A DNA stretch of 64,000 nt from Mobula hypostoma (GCF_963921235.1 NC_086108.1:67768001-67832000); one strand, 5' to 3'. Counted from the first letter of the stretch, positions 14,220 to 27,185 are shown. Notes: generated by a model from the sequence alone, not told the origin. Program-made: numbers and translations.

Positions 14220-17200
14220 TCAGAACCCAGCCTTCCCTCCATACCCCCTGACCCCTGTAGCCACAAGGGCCATATCTAACTCCCTCTTAAACATAGCCAA
14301 TGAACTGGCCTCAACAGTTTGCTGTGGCAGAGAATTCCACAGATTCACCACTCTCTGTGTGAAGAAGTTTTTCCTAATCTCGGTCCTAAAAGGCTTCCCC
14401 TCTATCCTCAAACTGTGACCCCTCGTTCTAGACCTCCCCAACATCGGGAACAATCTTCCCGCATCTAGCCTGTCCAACCCCTTTAGGATTTTATACGTTT
14501 CAATCAGATCCCCCCTCAATCTTCTAAATTCCAACAAGTACAAGCCCAGTTCATCCAGTCTTTCTTCATATGAAAGTCCTGCCATCCCAGGAATCAAACT
14601 GGTGAAGCTTCTTTGTACTCCCTCTATGGCAAAGATGTCTTTCCTCAGATTAGGAGACCAAAACTGCACACAATATTCCAGGTGTGGTCTCACCAAGGCC
14701 TTGTACAACTGCAGTAGTACCTCCCTGCTCCTGTACTCGTATCCTCTCGCTATAAATGCCAGCATACCGTTCGCCTTTTTCACCGCCTGCTGTACCTGCA
14801 TGCCCACTTTCAATGACTGGTGTATAATGACACCCAGGTCTCGTTGCACCTCCCCTTTTCCTAATCGGCCACCATTCAGATAATAATCTGTTTTCCTATT
14901 TTTGCCACCAAAGTGGATAACTTCACATTTATCCACATTAAATTGCATCTGCCATGAGTTTGCCCACTCATCCAACCTATCCAAGTCACCCTGCATCCTC
15001 TTGGCATCCTCCTCACTGCTAACACTGCCACCCAGCTTCGTGTCATCCGCAAACTTGGAGATGCTGCATTTAATTCCCTCATCCAAGTCATTAATATATA
15101 TTGTAAACAACTGGGGTCCCAGCACTGAGCCTTGCGGTACCCCACTAGTTACCGCCTGCCATTCTGAAAAGGTCCCGTTTATTCCCACTCTTTGCTTCCT
15201 GTCTGCTAACCAATTCTCCACCCACACCAATACCTTACCCCCAATACTGTGTGCTTTAAGTTTGCACACTAATCTCCTGTGTGGGACCTTGTCAAAAGCC
15301 TTTTGAAAATCCAAATATACCACATCCACTGGTTCTCCCCTATCCACTCTACTAGTTACATCCTCAAAAAATTCTATGAGATTCGTCAGACATGATTTTC
15401 CTTTCACAAATCCATGCTGACTTTGTCCGATCATTTCACCGCTTTCCAAATGTGCTGTTATCACATCCTTGATAACTGACTCCAGCAGTTTCCCCACCAC
15501 CGACGTTAGGCTAACCGGCCTATAATTCCCCGGTTTCTCTCTCCCTCCTTTTTTAAAAAGTGGGGTTACATTAGCCACCCTCCAATCCTCAGGAACTAGT
15601 CCAGAATCTAACGAGTTTTGAAAAATTATCACTAATGCATCCACTATTTCTTGGGCTACTTCCTTAAGCACTCTAGGATGCAGACCATCTGGCCCTGGGG
15701 ATTTATCTGCCTTCAATCCCTTCAATTTACCTAACACCACTTCCCTACTAACATGTATTTCACTCAGTTCCTCCATCTCACTGGACCCTCTGTCCCTTAC
15801 TATTTCTGGAAGATTATTTATGTCCTCCTTAGTGAAGACAGAACCAAAGTAATTATTCAATTGGTCTGCCATGTCCTTGCTCCCCATAATCAATTCACCT
15901 GTTTCTGTCTGCAGGGGACCTACATTTGTCTTTACCAGTCTTTTCCTTTTTACATATCTATAAAAGCTTTTACAGTCCGTTTTTATGTTCTCTGCCAGTT
16001 TTCTCTCATAATCTTTTTTCCCCTTCCTAATTAAGCCCTTTTTCCTCCTCTGCTGAACTCTGAATTTCTCCCAGTCCTCAGGTGAGCCACTTTCTCTGGC
16101 TAATTTGTATGCTTCTTCTTTGGAATTGATACTATCCCTAATTTCTCTTGTCAGCCACGGGTGCACTACCTTCCTTGATTTATTCTTTTGCCAAACTGGG
16201 ATGAACAATTGTTGTAGTTCATCCATGCAACCTTTAAATGCTTGCCATTGTATATCCACTGTCAATCCTTTAAGTGTCATTTGCCAGTCTATCTTAGCTA
16301 ATTCACGTCTCATACCTTCAAAGTTACCCCTCTTTAAGTTCAGAACCTTTGTTTCTGAATTAACTATGTCATTCTCCATGTTAATGAAGAATTCCACCAT
16401 ATTATGGTCACTCTTACCCAAGGGGCCTCTCACGACAAGATCGCTAATTAACCCTTCCTCATTGCTCAAAACCCAGTCCAGAATAGTCTGCTCTCTAATT
16501 GGTTCCCCAACATGTTGGTTCAAAAAACCATCCCGCATACATTCCAAGAAATCCTCTTCCTCAGCACCTTTACCAATTTGGTTCACCCAGTCTACATGTA
16601 GATTGAAGTCACCCATTATAACTGCTGTTCCTTTGTTGCACACATTTCTAATTTCCTGTTTAATACCATCTCCGACCTCACTACTACTGTTGGGTGGCCT
16701 GTACACAACTCCCACCAGCGTCTTCTGCCCCTTAGTGTTACGCAGCTCTACCCATATCGATTCCACATCTTCCCGGCTTATGTCCTTCCTTTCTATTGCG
16801 TTAATCTCTTTTTTAACCAGCAACGCCACCCCACCTCCCCTTCCTTCATGTCTATCCCTCCTGAATATTGAATATTCCTGAACGTTGAGCTCCCATCCCT
16901 GGTCACCCTGGAGCCATGTCTCTGTGATCCCAACTATATCATAATCATTAATAACAATCTACACTTTCAATTCATCCACCTTATTACGAATGCTCCTTGC
17001 ATTGACACATAAAGCCTTCAGGCGCTCTTTTACAACTCTCTTAGCCCTTGTACAATTATGTTGAAAAGTGGCCCTTTTTAATGCTTGCCCTGGATTTGTC
17101 GGCCTGCCACTTTTACTTTTCTCCTTTGTACTTTTCGCTTCTACGCTCACTTTACACCCCTCTGTCTCTCTGCACTGGTTCCCATCCCTCTGTTGTGAAC

Positions 17201-17261
17201 TAACCTCCTCACGCCTAGCCTCTTTAATTTGATTCCCACCCCCCAACCATTCTAGTTTAAA
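14220..17261 (-). pseudogene. CR1 ORF2, APE endonuclease + reverse transcriptase, with one in-frame TAG at 16959-16961
   Basis: ORFs 16959-17246 and 14220-16829 share a frame; EN motifs NARS, GITETW, YRPP, GDFN, SDH; RT motifs YLDFQKAFD, GVPQGSVLGP, KFADD. Confidence 0.92.
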
Positions 17262-18088
17262 GTCACCTCAGTAGCCCCCGCTAATCTCCCTGCCAGGATA
17301 TTGGTCCTCCTAGGATTCAAGTGTAACCCGTCCTTTTTGTACAGGTCACGCCTGCGCCAAAAGAGGTCCCAATGATCCAAAAACTTGAATCCCTGCCCCC
17401 TGCTCCAATCCCTCAGCCACGCATTTATCCTCCACCTCATCGCATTCCTACTCTCACTGTCGCGTGGCACAGGCAGTAATCCCGAGATTACTACCTTTGC
17501 GGTCCTTTTTCTCAACTCCCTTCCTAGCTCCCTATATTCTCCTTTCAGGACCTCATCCCTTTTCCTACCTATGTCATTGGTACCTATATGTACCACGACC
17601 TCTGGCTCCTCACCCTCCCACTTCAGGATATCTTGGACACGATCAGAAATATCCCGGACCCTGGCACCAGGGAGGCAAACTACCATCCGGGTCTCTGGAC
17701 TGCGTCCACAGAATCGCCTATCTGACCCCCTTACTATCGAGTCCCCTATCACAACTGCCCTCCTCTTCCTTGCCCTACCCTTCTGAGCTACAGGGCCAGA
17801 CTCTGTGCCGGAGGCACGGCCACTGTTGCTTCCCCCAGGTAAGCTGTCCCCCCCAACAGTACTCAAACAGGAGTACCTGTTGTTAAGGGGCACAGCCACC
17901 GGGGTACTCCCCATCACCTGACTTTTCCCCTTCCCCCTCCTAACCGTGACCCACTTGTCTGCCTCCCGTGGCCCCGGCGTGACCACCTGCCTTCCACTCC
18001 TCTCTATCACCTCCTCACTCTCCCTGACCAGACGAAGGTCATCGAGCTGCAGCTCCAGTTCCGTAACGCGGTCCCTTAGGAGCTGCAT
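17252..18088 (-). CDS. CR1 ORF1, coiled coil plus SGNH/GDSL esterase domain (N-terminus missing)
   Basis: VIGDSIVR, HIGTND and DGLHL esterase blocks; heptad LLRDRVTELELQLDDL. Confidence 0.9.
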   Translation of the reverse strand: MQLLRDRVTELELQLDDLRLVRESEEVIERSGRQVVTPGPREADKWVTVRRGKGKSQVMGSTPVAVPLNNRYSCLSTVGGDSLPGGSNSGRASGTESGPVAQKGRARKRRAVVIGDSIVRGSDRRFCGRSPETRMVVCLPGARVRDISDRVQDILKWEGEEPEVVVHIGTNDIGRKRDEVLKGEYRELGRELRKRTAKVVISGLLPVPRDSESRNAMRWRINAWLRDWSRGQGFKFLDHWDLFWRRRDLYKKDGLHLNPRRTNILAGRLAGATEVTLN

Positions 18089-20054
18089 CTCCTATGATGA
18101 TGCTGACCACGTTACTGTGTATTCAAAACTTTTTCTAAAACAAGAAGGTTGAAATTACTGGTGATGCATTACCTGATGAATGCCTTTAATTGTGTTAAAA
18201 CATCTCGTAATAGCAATATGTAACAGAATGTAAATTTATGAAAGAATAAAATGCAATAGCATCATTTCTAAGGGTGGTTGAATTTTGTGACCAGATTTTT
18301 TTCTAGTCACAGGCCTACTATAATAACTATAAATGTTAGGTTCAGATTTCCCCATGGATATCAACTGCTCTAATATGGATTGTGCAGATTTCTCCCTGGT
18401 TACAGCAAGGTAACAAAAAGATCTTCAGTATGAACCTTTATATAGGCAGAAAACTCTTTTCATGACTGTAAAGCTACAATTTCCTCATGAACAAGCTAAC
18501 TGATTACAGCTGTCATTATGGGGTCTGACTGAAGTAAAATTTTAAACAATGGCTCCTAAGTGTAATTCTGGACATAAAGCTTACCACCGCTGTTGTTTAC
18601 TCTTATATCTACAGACCGGTGAACTCTACAAATGCAGCACATGGAATGCAGAATTAAAGACTGTTACATGTCTGAACTTCACAACTTCCTTTTCAAAACA
18701 TGGTCAGGCATAAAATAAAATAAATTCTTACAGAAAACAATTGTTGGGAATAATGCAGGAAGTATATTTGAAAAAGCAATAATTTTAAATACTGCATTTA
18801 GCATCCATCCCATTTGCTCCATACAGTTGTTTCCTAAGGGAAAACATATATACTTGCAACTCTTCGAAACCACCAGTACACTGAAATCATTTCAAAATCA
18901 CATTCATGGGGAAACTATTGCCTGATTAAATGATTGCATCTATTAGCTCCGTCATCAAATCAATCTTTATGGTTAATATTGATAGCATTATTACCCATTG
19001 AAAAATGTTGTTTTATCATATGATTAATAACCAAACAATTAAAACCTCATGATTAACAGGTAAGAAGTATATAGGTATACCCCTTAACGGACATGGTTTA
19101 TTGAAAATCTCAGGTGAAGGTCAGATGGATTGCAAATGCCTCACACAGTGGAGTCCATGGACAACTTGTGCTTTTTATAAAAGATGCTGATAAAATAGAA
19201 AAGTGCCAGAAGCTACATGGTGTGTCTTTCTATATTATTCCACATCCGAAATTATTTCCAATGGTTTCTTATACCATCTCCATAACCTCTGCTGTTGCAA
19301 AGGAATGCAGAAGTTTCTTCAGTTCGATGATTAATATACCATAGCTGTGAAGGATAGTTGTCCGATATGGTAATTAATTAGATCACTGTCTGGGGAGCAG
19401 TGGAAGACTGCAAGCAGGTATATTCACAATAACTAGATGAACATCTGTAAAAATATGTAGCAGAGTGCTGTAAAATGGGGTAAGTGTAGGTCAGGGTTCC
19501 CTCCTGCACAGTACCAGCATTCCTAAAGACACATTTCCATGTTCCACAGATTGTTGCATTAGGTGATCTAGTTCAGTGAAAGTTCCTTTTGCGATGTAAA
19601 CACATTGCTCCTCTGTGAAGTTGAAGTATTAATAGGCCTTAAAGACTCATAATGTGCAGACACAAGCATTTGCTCTCCTTTTCTCTCTTCACCCAGTCAA
19701 ATCTGCTTATCCTTATATTCTTGAGTGCCCACCCACAGCCCTACTGAAAAAGGTAAATTCACTATTGCCCAAGTCAAAGAAAGGAGTCCAACATTGCCAC
19801 AAACTTCTCAGGAGTTACAAGTCTGTTGCAGTATCCAAAATTGAGGCTAAAAAGAATGCTTAAACACTGAGCAGCTATCTGAAAGGATAAGCCATTGACT
19901 AAATGATACCCTGTAAAAGTGCTGCTGAAAGGATTTTGTTACTATCATTAACAGCCAAATAAGTTCATGATCTGGTAACTCAGGCACTGGGAAAGCTCAG
20001 GCTCACAAAAAGTTATTTGAAACAAGCAGAAGAATTTCATGGAAGTATAAATAA

Positions 20055-20330
20055 AACAATGCAGATGCTAGAAATCTGAATCAGAAATGGAAATGCTGGA
20101 GAAACACAGCAGGTCAGGAATGACAAACACGAGAAAACTAAAAACACTGGAAATCCAAAGCAAAATGCTAGAAGAACTCGGCAGGTCAGGGCAGCATCTA
20201 TAGAAAAGAGTAAACAGTTTCGGTCTGAGACCTCATGTTGCTCATTGAGTTCCTCCAGCATTGGTGTGAGGTCAGGAATAATCAAAACTAATATTTCAAT
20301 TCTGAAACCCTTCAACAGAAATGTGAAATA
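20055..20330. repeat. Penelope-associated hairpin repeats, probably two nested copies
   Basis: TGCTGGAGAAACACAGCAGGTCAGG and TGCTAGAAGAACTCGGCAGGTCAGG ... TGAGTTCCTCCAGCA. Confidence 0.55.
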
Positions 20331-20404
20331 GAAAACTCATGTTAGCTTTTAATTGCATAAATATTGGAAAGAAATGGGAAAAAGAAAAGGATATCTCTGT
20401 TATA

Positions 20405-20880
20405 ATGAGATCAAATGATCATGGCTGATCTATATTGGTTTCAACTCCTCTTTTCTGTCAGTTGCCCATAACTATAAATTCCTGAATCTTCCAAATATTT
20501 ATCTGTTTCTCTCCCTCTCTTTTAAATGTTCGTAATGATCTGGCCTCCACTATTTTTAGGACCAGACAATTCCAGAGGTTCACTCCCCTCTGAGAGAAGG
20601 AATGTCTGCTCTCCATAGTTTTAATTGACTAGCTCTTCTTTTTGTATCTAGAGGTATGTACCATCTTAATATCTACCCTGTCTAACCCTGTTAGGATCAA
20701 CATGTTTGAAAAATTCCCTTCTCATTCTTCTAAATGCCAAGATATACAACCAAACTGTTTAGCTTTTCTTTATAGGAAAATTCTCTGGTCACAGGAATTA
20801 GTTTAGTGAATTTCCTCTGGTATCCAATGCTATTACTTTTTCTTTCTGACAAGGGGACCCAAACTATCAGTAAAAACTGC
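20405..20880 (-). mobile_element. Degenerate CR1 3' fragment
   Basis: GATCATGGCTGATC and AATTCCAGAGGTTCACTCCCCTCTG match the 3' region of the young CR1. Confidence 0.65.
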
Positions 20881-22624
20881 CATTCATGTTATCCTACCAA
20901 GAACTATAATACGTCAAACATAACAGGTTTTGAACGTGGGTACATAAAATAATCTGCAGTTTCAAGTAGGCTTATAAAAAATCCCATTTGTTTTAGCTCT
21001 ACCAAAGAAAAATCATGTATTGATTGAAGAGGTCAACTTTGAACAGTCACCATATCTTTCAACTAAAAGTATCAGTTGTTAAACTGTATTAAAATTTTGA
21101 AGGGTAAGGTTATTATTCTCATACCCATTTTACACAGGATCCAGAGCAATATCTGATTAAGGCATGCTCAGGAATAAAAGACAATAAATTGTTCTTGTCC
21201 GTCTGCAAACAAATGACTGAATCTGACAGTTTGCCATATCACAGTCTCACAACCTGTTTGCAATTTTTGTTACAAGGATTTCTACACTCACTGCATAAGC
21301 CTTGACATTTTGAGCTTAAATTAAAGCTCATATTATACACTAATTTTAAATGTAGCGATAGCCTCAGGAATTACTTGGTGACCTTCAATAAAATCCATCT
21401 AATTTAAAGAAAGAAACTTATGAAGGTGGTCTCCTTTCAACCTTGGATCCCTCAGGCTGGAAAATAATAGCTATTAAAATGTTAGTTCCATTTGTCTAAT
21501 GCAATTCCACACTCAACATCCATCTTTAGAGATTTGCCTTGCATTAACAGTTCAAACATAATTTAAAGCCTTTCCATGAAGGTTATCAGGCTTTTACTAC
21601 TTATTTTTAATATGCTACTGCATGTATTTTATTAAGAAAATAGCTTTTACTTATATTAAACTGGACCTTAATCGTAAACAATAAGAATTCTTATGATAAG
21701 GCATGCTACTGACCATCCTGTTTAGAAGAATAGGGTTTGGAGCTGACTAACAGAGAGCTCTCACATCTCATCCTCCAATCTTCTCTGAATCTAATTCTTA
21801 ACAAATACAATCAACTAATTTAAGCAGCATACATAATTTTAAATACTTAAAATCAATAAAATACTGTTGGATATGATATATATAAATTAACCAATACATC
21901 AATGACAGCTCACTAGGACATCTTTATCTCCTAATAGATAGAAATGCAATTTAAATATTTATTCCACAATTTCTTGCACTTACTGATACTAAACAAGTAC
22001 ACTAAATTAAAAATTAAGTAAACATATTCCTGATTCAAGCACAATTTCCAATTTAATGTTAATGAATATACATATAAAACACATATCAACATATATTAAT
22101 TGTGAATTTCAAGACAAACTTTTAGTGATTCTGAAAGCGATATGCTGAGCCTATTCAGTGCCTGATGTTGATATTTACTTACCTGATCTTAGAGATACAT
22201 ATGTGCAGATTTCTACCACTTGTTTTACAGAAAGATAAAGGCTGATATTAATTCTGTTTCATTTCAGGAGGCAGTAGAGTTTGTTATTGATGTTGGTGCA
22301 TTATCCAAGTACATACAAGAACAGAAGTATATTTGCAATCCGCCAAGTAACCATGGGAAAATGTTCAATAGGTCTTATACTCCTGTGTCTACTTATCCTG
22401 GTGTAAGACAAGTACAATTCCAATTCACAGACTATTGACTCACCACTAAATCCAAAAGCAGCTCCAACACATGAAGCTGAGAGCTTTAAACCATTCATGT
22501 CTGCTATCCAAGCAGCAACCTAACTTAATTAAATATAGTTGATGACCTCCATTTATTTAATTCATGGTGTAATGATGTCATGAATTTATTAACAATAGTT
22601 CGATGTTTTTAATGGGCAATAATG

Positions 22625-23900
22625 CTTATCGCTCAAATCGATCCACTGATGAAGTAATAGCCTTTACCCTCCACTCTGTCCTGTCCCACCTGGAAAATGG
22701 GGTCTGATATGCCAGACTGCTGTTTATGGACTTCAGCTCGGTGTTCAACAATGTCATACACCAGAAACTGGTGGGAAACCTGTCCTCGCTGGGTCTCAGC
22801 ACCTCCCTCTGCAATTATATACTGGTGTACTGGACTTCATAACAGTAAGGCCACAGTCTGTCCATTTAGGTAGCAACGTCTCTTGTTCCATTATGCTGAG
22901 CACTGGCACTCCCCAAGGCTATATGCTGTTGATATTTCTGACGCATGACTGTGTCGCAGAATCTAGCTCAAACCATACCATCAAGTTTGCGGATGACACA
23001 GCAGTAATTGGCCTTATCAAGGACGATGATGAAATAGAGTATAGAGAGGTTGTAGAGTGGCTGGTGGATTGGTGTGAGAAGAACAACCTAAGCCTGAACA
23101 TGGAGAAGACAAAGGAGATCATTGTGGACTTCAGGAAGGTGCAGACAGACCATCTCCCTCTGCGAATACATGGATCCTCTGTAGAGAGAGATTTGTGCAC
23201 CAAGTTCCTGGGAGTTCACATCATGATGACTTCACCTGGTCCCTTAACATCACCTTCCTGAACAAGAAGGCACAGTGGTACCTCCACTTCCTAAAGAGAT
23301 TGAGGCCCCCCCTCCCATCTTAACTGCATTTTACAGGAGTACGATTGAGGGTGTCCTGACAAGCTGCATCTCCATCTAGTATGGGAGCAGTCCAGCATCA
23401 GACCAGAAGTCCCTACTAAGGACAGTAAGAACAGCCAAGAGGATCATAAGGTCTACCTACCATCCATCAGGGACATTTATCAGGAGTGCTGCATATGCAG
23501 GGCCCTTAGTATTATTAAGGATCTCATCCATCCAGAATCCTCTTTGATTTTCAACCATCAGGCAGGAGACTATGATGTACACAAACAAGAACGGTCAGGG
23601 TGAGAAACACTTTCTTCCCCCAGTCTATTAGGCTTCAGAACTCCCAGTTGCATCAAATTCAAAGTGTCACTGGTTAATCTGTTCCATACCTTACAATATT
23701 TAATATTAATGCTCTTTACTTTTTTATTTATATATAGATTTTATCCTATCTTCATAAGTTATCATTTGTTATGTGTACTACTGTGCTATACAGCCTGGTT
23801 CAAAGAAATGTTATCTCATTTCTATATACATTTTATGGTTATATACGTCATATACATGAATGTAGTTAAATGACAATAAACTTCATTTGACTTGACTTTT
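22625..23900 (+). mobile_element. Rex1/Babar-clade LINE, 5'-truncated and degenerate
   Basis: [49 protein letters not shown] plus TTGAC repeat tail. Confidence 0.85.
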
Positions 23901-26079
23901 AGTCAAATGCGCGCAACTATTGTGTGGTTTATTTTTTATCTATTTCAACTGTTTTTATGTCTCTTCCTTTCAGTGACATATACTTCTGAGACCAGCAAGG
24001 TATCAGATCTGAAAGTGGGGCCTCAGGTTTGACTGGATGATGCATTGTGGCCATTTGTAGTACTGTGTGCTTCACAGGAGAACCGTGGATTGGAGCCTCC
24101 AGCCAAAACATCTCATGGATTCCTTGGCAGCTAAGTACATCATATCATTAACTTAAGAGTTGTGTGAAGATGGCAGGTCGAAATGAAAACGATCAGGCCT
24201 AATAGTGGACAGCAATAGTTACTTCAATCTCAGAGTGAAGATTCATTTTGGGTTAATGTGATGGCTATGGAAGAAGAAATTTTCATCAACTTTTGATGAT
24301 ATTTTCATCTTTAACTGCTTTGCATACGAAGATGATCAAGGGAGTCAGCAAATCATTTCATGGAATATCTGATCACTTGAGTCCCTGAAGATTCAGTAGA
24401 ATACTAGAAAAGATGGCATATAAAGTTATTTTAGTATGGAAGGGAAGGGTGCTTCTTGCCTTGAGCAATGAATAATTTTTAACGTGTTAAGGTGGTTTTC
24501 ATTTGCATGTGTTTTTCTTACTAATTTCCATAAAATTACAGGTTGTAGAGACCAAATTTTGATTCTTTTTTAATGAAGATTTTTAATAAACACAACTATT
24601 ATTATTATTGCCAAATATTGATAAAATAAGGAGTGAAATTGTGCCCAAAACCAGATATAAAAAAAGGAAAATGTCAATCCTATTGGCTGATATAAATGAG
24701 TAACAATGTTGTGGAGATAACATACGTAAAGCCACAGTTTTACTGTAATTACACAAGTGGGAATTGTTTACCTCTCATGAGTCAGATGTTTTGTTCCTCA
24801 TTTCTAAATTCTAAGTCTACCTGCTGGCAAGCATTGCGTGTTATCTGTTGCAATCCAAACTGGAAACATTTGATGTAACCTATGAATCATGTCTTATCTT
24901 CCTCTATAATTATTATTATTATTTTCCTCTATAATTTGATGCCACAGAAATATGACTTAACTGAATCTTTGTAACTAATGTCAAATGATTTATATTCTGA
25001 AGATATCGTATTGTACTTCATTTTCTAATTTCACTCTTCCAGCAATTCGCAAAAAGCCTGACTCACTTGAACTCCAGTTGTCACTATCCAATACAGATAA
25101 TTCTGGTAAATATATACTAACTACAGCAGAAAATAATATTAATATTCAAGAGAAAATGAGCCTAACACCAGTGATAAAAGGATGAGAGCTATGAAACAGC
25201 AAGAGGAAACATACATTATACTGCTTTCTTTTAAAATCTTCCAAGGTGCTAATGACATTTTATTCTGATTGTTATAAAAACTATCTATCGTTGCTTATCC
25301 TCCTTGACCACCTTCTCCCGCTTATACTTCTCACTACCTTCCAACTAAGTGAGACCAGATGTATCCACCTCCACCCTTACTTATCTAGTTGTGACCAGTG
25401 AAGCAAAGGGAAATGAGCACCCATCAGTCTACTCGAGTAACTCAGCAGGCTGAGCAATATGTGTGGGAGGACAGGAAATGTTGACGTTTCTGGTTGAAAC
25501 CCTGCGTCAGGACCACATCATTAAAGGTGACAACAAGTAGTTTAATGTCTTGAATACCTCTCTCTGTCCTTTTCAGTCACTAAAAGAATAGTTTGTTCAG
25601 TTCCCAGTCTGCTTCTTAGCATAGTTTCCCTAAAAACATTGAACCCCAAAATAAACTTCTGAGAACGTTAATCACCCAGAACACATATATTCATCTCCAT
25701 AACAATGACACCAGCTCACTACTCACTACCCCAACTACACCCTTCACTGGAATGAATTATTGGTCCAGCCCTCAAAGGTGCTCCGTTGCAGCTGCTATCC
25801 TTCATTTTAATCTCCAAAACCAACCTTCATCCAAAACCTATTTTCGCCCAAAATTCATTGGGCCTTTTCATTTACTTTTCATTATTAGTTCATAGGATTT
25901 TGAAAATTGCAAAAATAAAATACTACAAATGCTGATGAATGGTCATCCATTTAAAGTATTAACTCTGCTCTCCATGGATGTTGCTTGAGCTATTGCCAGC
26001 ATTTTCTGTTTTCATTTCAGCAGTTAATGTCCATTCATAATTATACTTGAAGAGGTGATAATAAGCTGTCACATTGAAT

Positions 26080-26425
26080 GGACAGCCATGGTAACATAGT
26101 GTTTAGCGCAATGCTTTACCGCAGCAGCAATTACCAATAGCGGTTCAATTCTCACTGTTGCCTGTAAGGAGGCCATGTGTTTTCCCCATGACTGTGTGGG
26201 TTTCCTCCAGGTGCTCCAGGTCCCTTCCACATTCTAAAGATATAGGGTTAGGTTAGTGAGTTGTGTGGGCATACTATATTAGCGCCAGAAGTATGTTGAC
26301 ACTTGTGGGCTGCCCCCAAAACAATCCTTGGACTGTGTTGGTCATTGATGCAAACAATACATTTTCTTGCATGTTTCGATGTTTCAATGTATAGGTGACA
26401 AAGAAAGCTAATCTTTAATCTTTAT
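26080..26425 (+). mobile_element. tRNA-derived V-SINE (HE1-like)
   Basis: A-box-like TAACATAGTGTT, B-box-like GGTTCAATTC, V-domain GGGTTTCCTCCAGGTGCTCC, tail AATCTTTAATCTTTA. Confidence 0.75.
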
Positions 26426-26759
26426 TGCAGTCCTTGAAATTAAGATACTCCCTCCCTCAGGAGAGTTACAAGATTTAGACCGAATGATGATCAAGGAATA
26501 GCAACATTTCCAAGCTCTGTTTCCTTTATAACTTGAAGAAGAACTTTCTTGCTTTATGGCGGAACAAGCGCAGTTCCACCTCTAACCACATTGACTTTCA
26601 TTTTACAGGAGCTCCTCGATGTGGTGCCAGGTCAGTTGCTGTTGATGTCCAGGTAGTCAAACTCACTTCGTTTCTAGAATTTAGCTTTTTGTCTAACTAT
26701 AAGTCTAGACTGCAGAAATTTAGAGCTTTCTGGGATGATGAGTTTAAGTGAGGAGGTTA

Positions 26760-27185
26760 TTTATCGTCGTGACTATCCCTCGAGGTCAAGGATGATGGTG
26801 TTTGTTCTGAAGAAGTGGCCCACAGAGTAAAGACGCCTGTGCATGTATTTGTTTAACGTGTACTTGATGTTGCACTCCAAGGAGCACACAATACTTCACA
26901 AATCAACCAACTGATTCCAATGGCATGGAAACCACAACGATTGGAGCTGATGGATTTGTTGCAGACTTCATCCGCCTTCACAGCTGTTGAGTTCGAAGTA
27001 ACTTCGTCCGCCTGTTCTACCGTTGAGGTTTTGGTTGGATTGTTCTTTGTCAGGGACCTCACCCTCGACCTTACCGCCATGGGTGACCCTACCAGGAGCA
27101 TAGCTCCAGACGGCATTGCTCTCGGGATCACAGGACCACACAAGCTTCTCCACCACGACAGGGTGACAAACCACGGAGAAGGGAG
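26760..27185 (-). mobile_element. Non-autonomous RTE-derived element (5' UTR plus short 3' end)
   Basis: Minus strand begins CTTCTCCGTGGTTTGTCACCCTGTCGTGGTGGAGAAGCTTGTG..CCTGGTAGGGTCACCCATGGC, characteristic of RTE 5' UTRs; CpGs retained. Confidence 0.7.

Larger units (their letters stand above)
14122..18090 (-). mobile_element. Young CR1 LINE, 5'-truncated within ORF1
   Basis: ORF1 and ORF2 nearly intact, 3' UTR, (TTTCTATG)n tail at 14122-14145. Confidence 0.95.

Noticed and set aside
16105..16881. 258-aa plus-strand ORF and other ORFs antisense to the CR1
   Set aside because: Antisense shadows of ORF2/ORF1 with no recognisable motifs
14110..18100. Target site duplication for the young CR1
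   Set aside because: No convincing direct repeat found on the two flanks
26085..26160. tRNA gene
   Set aside because: Degenerate A/B boxes belong to a SINE head; no cloverleaf
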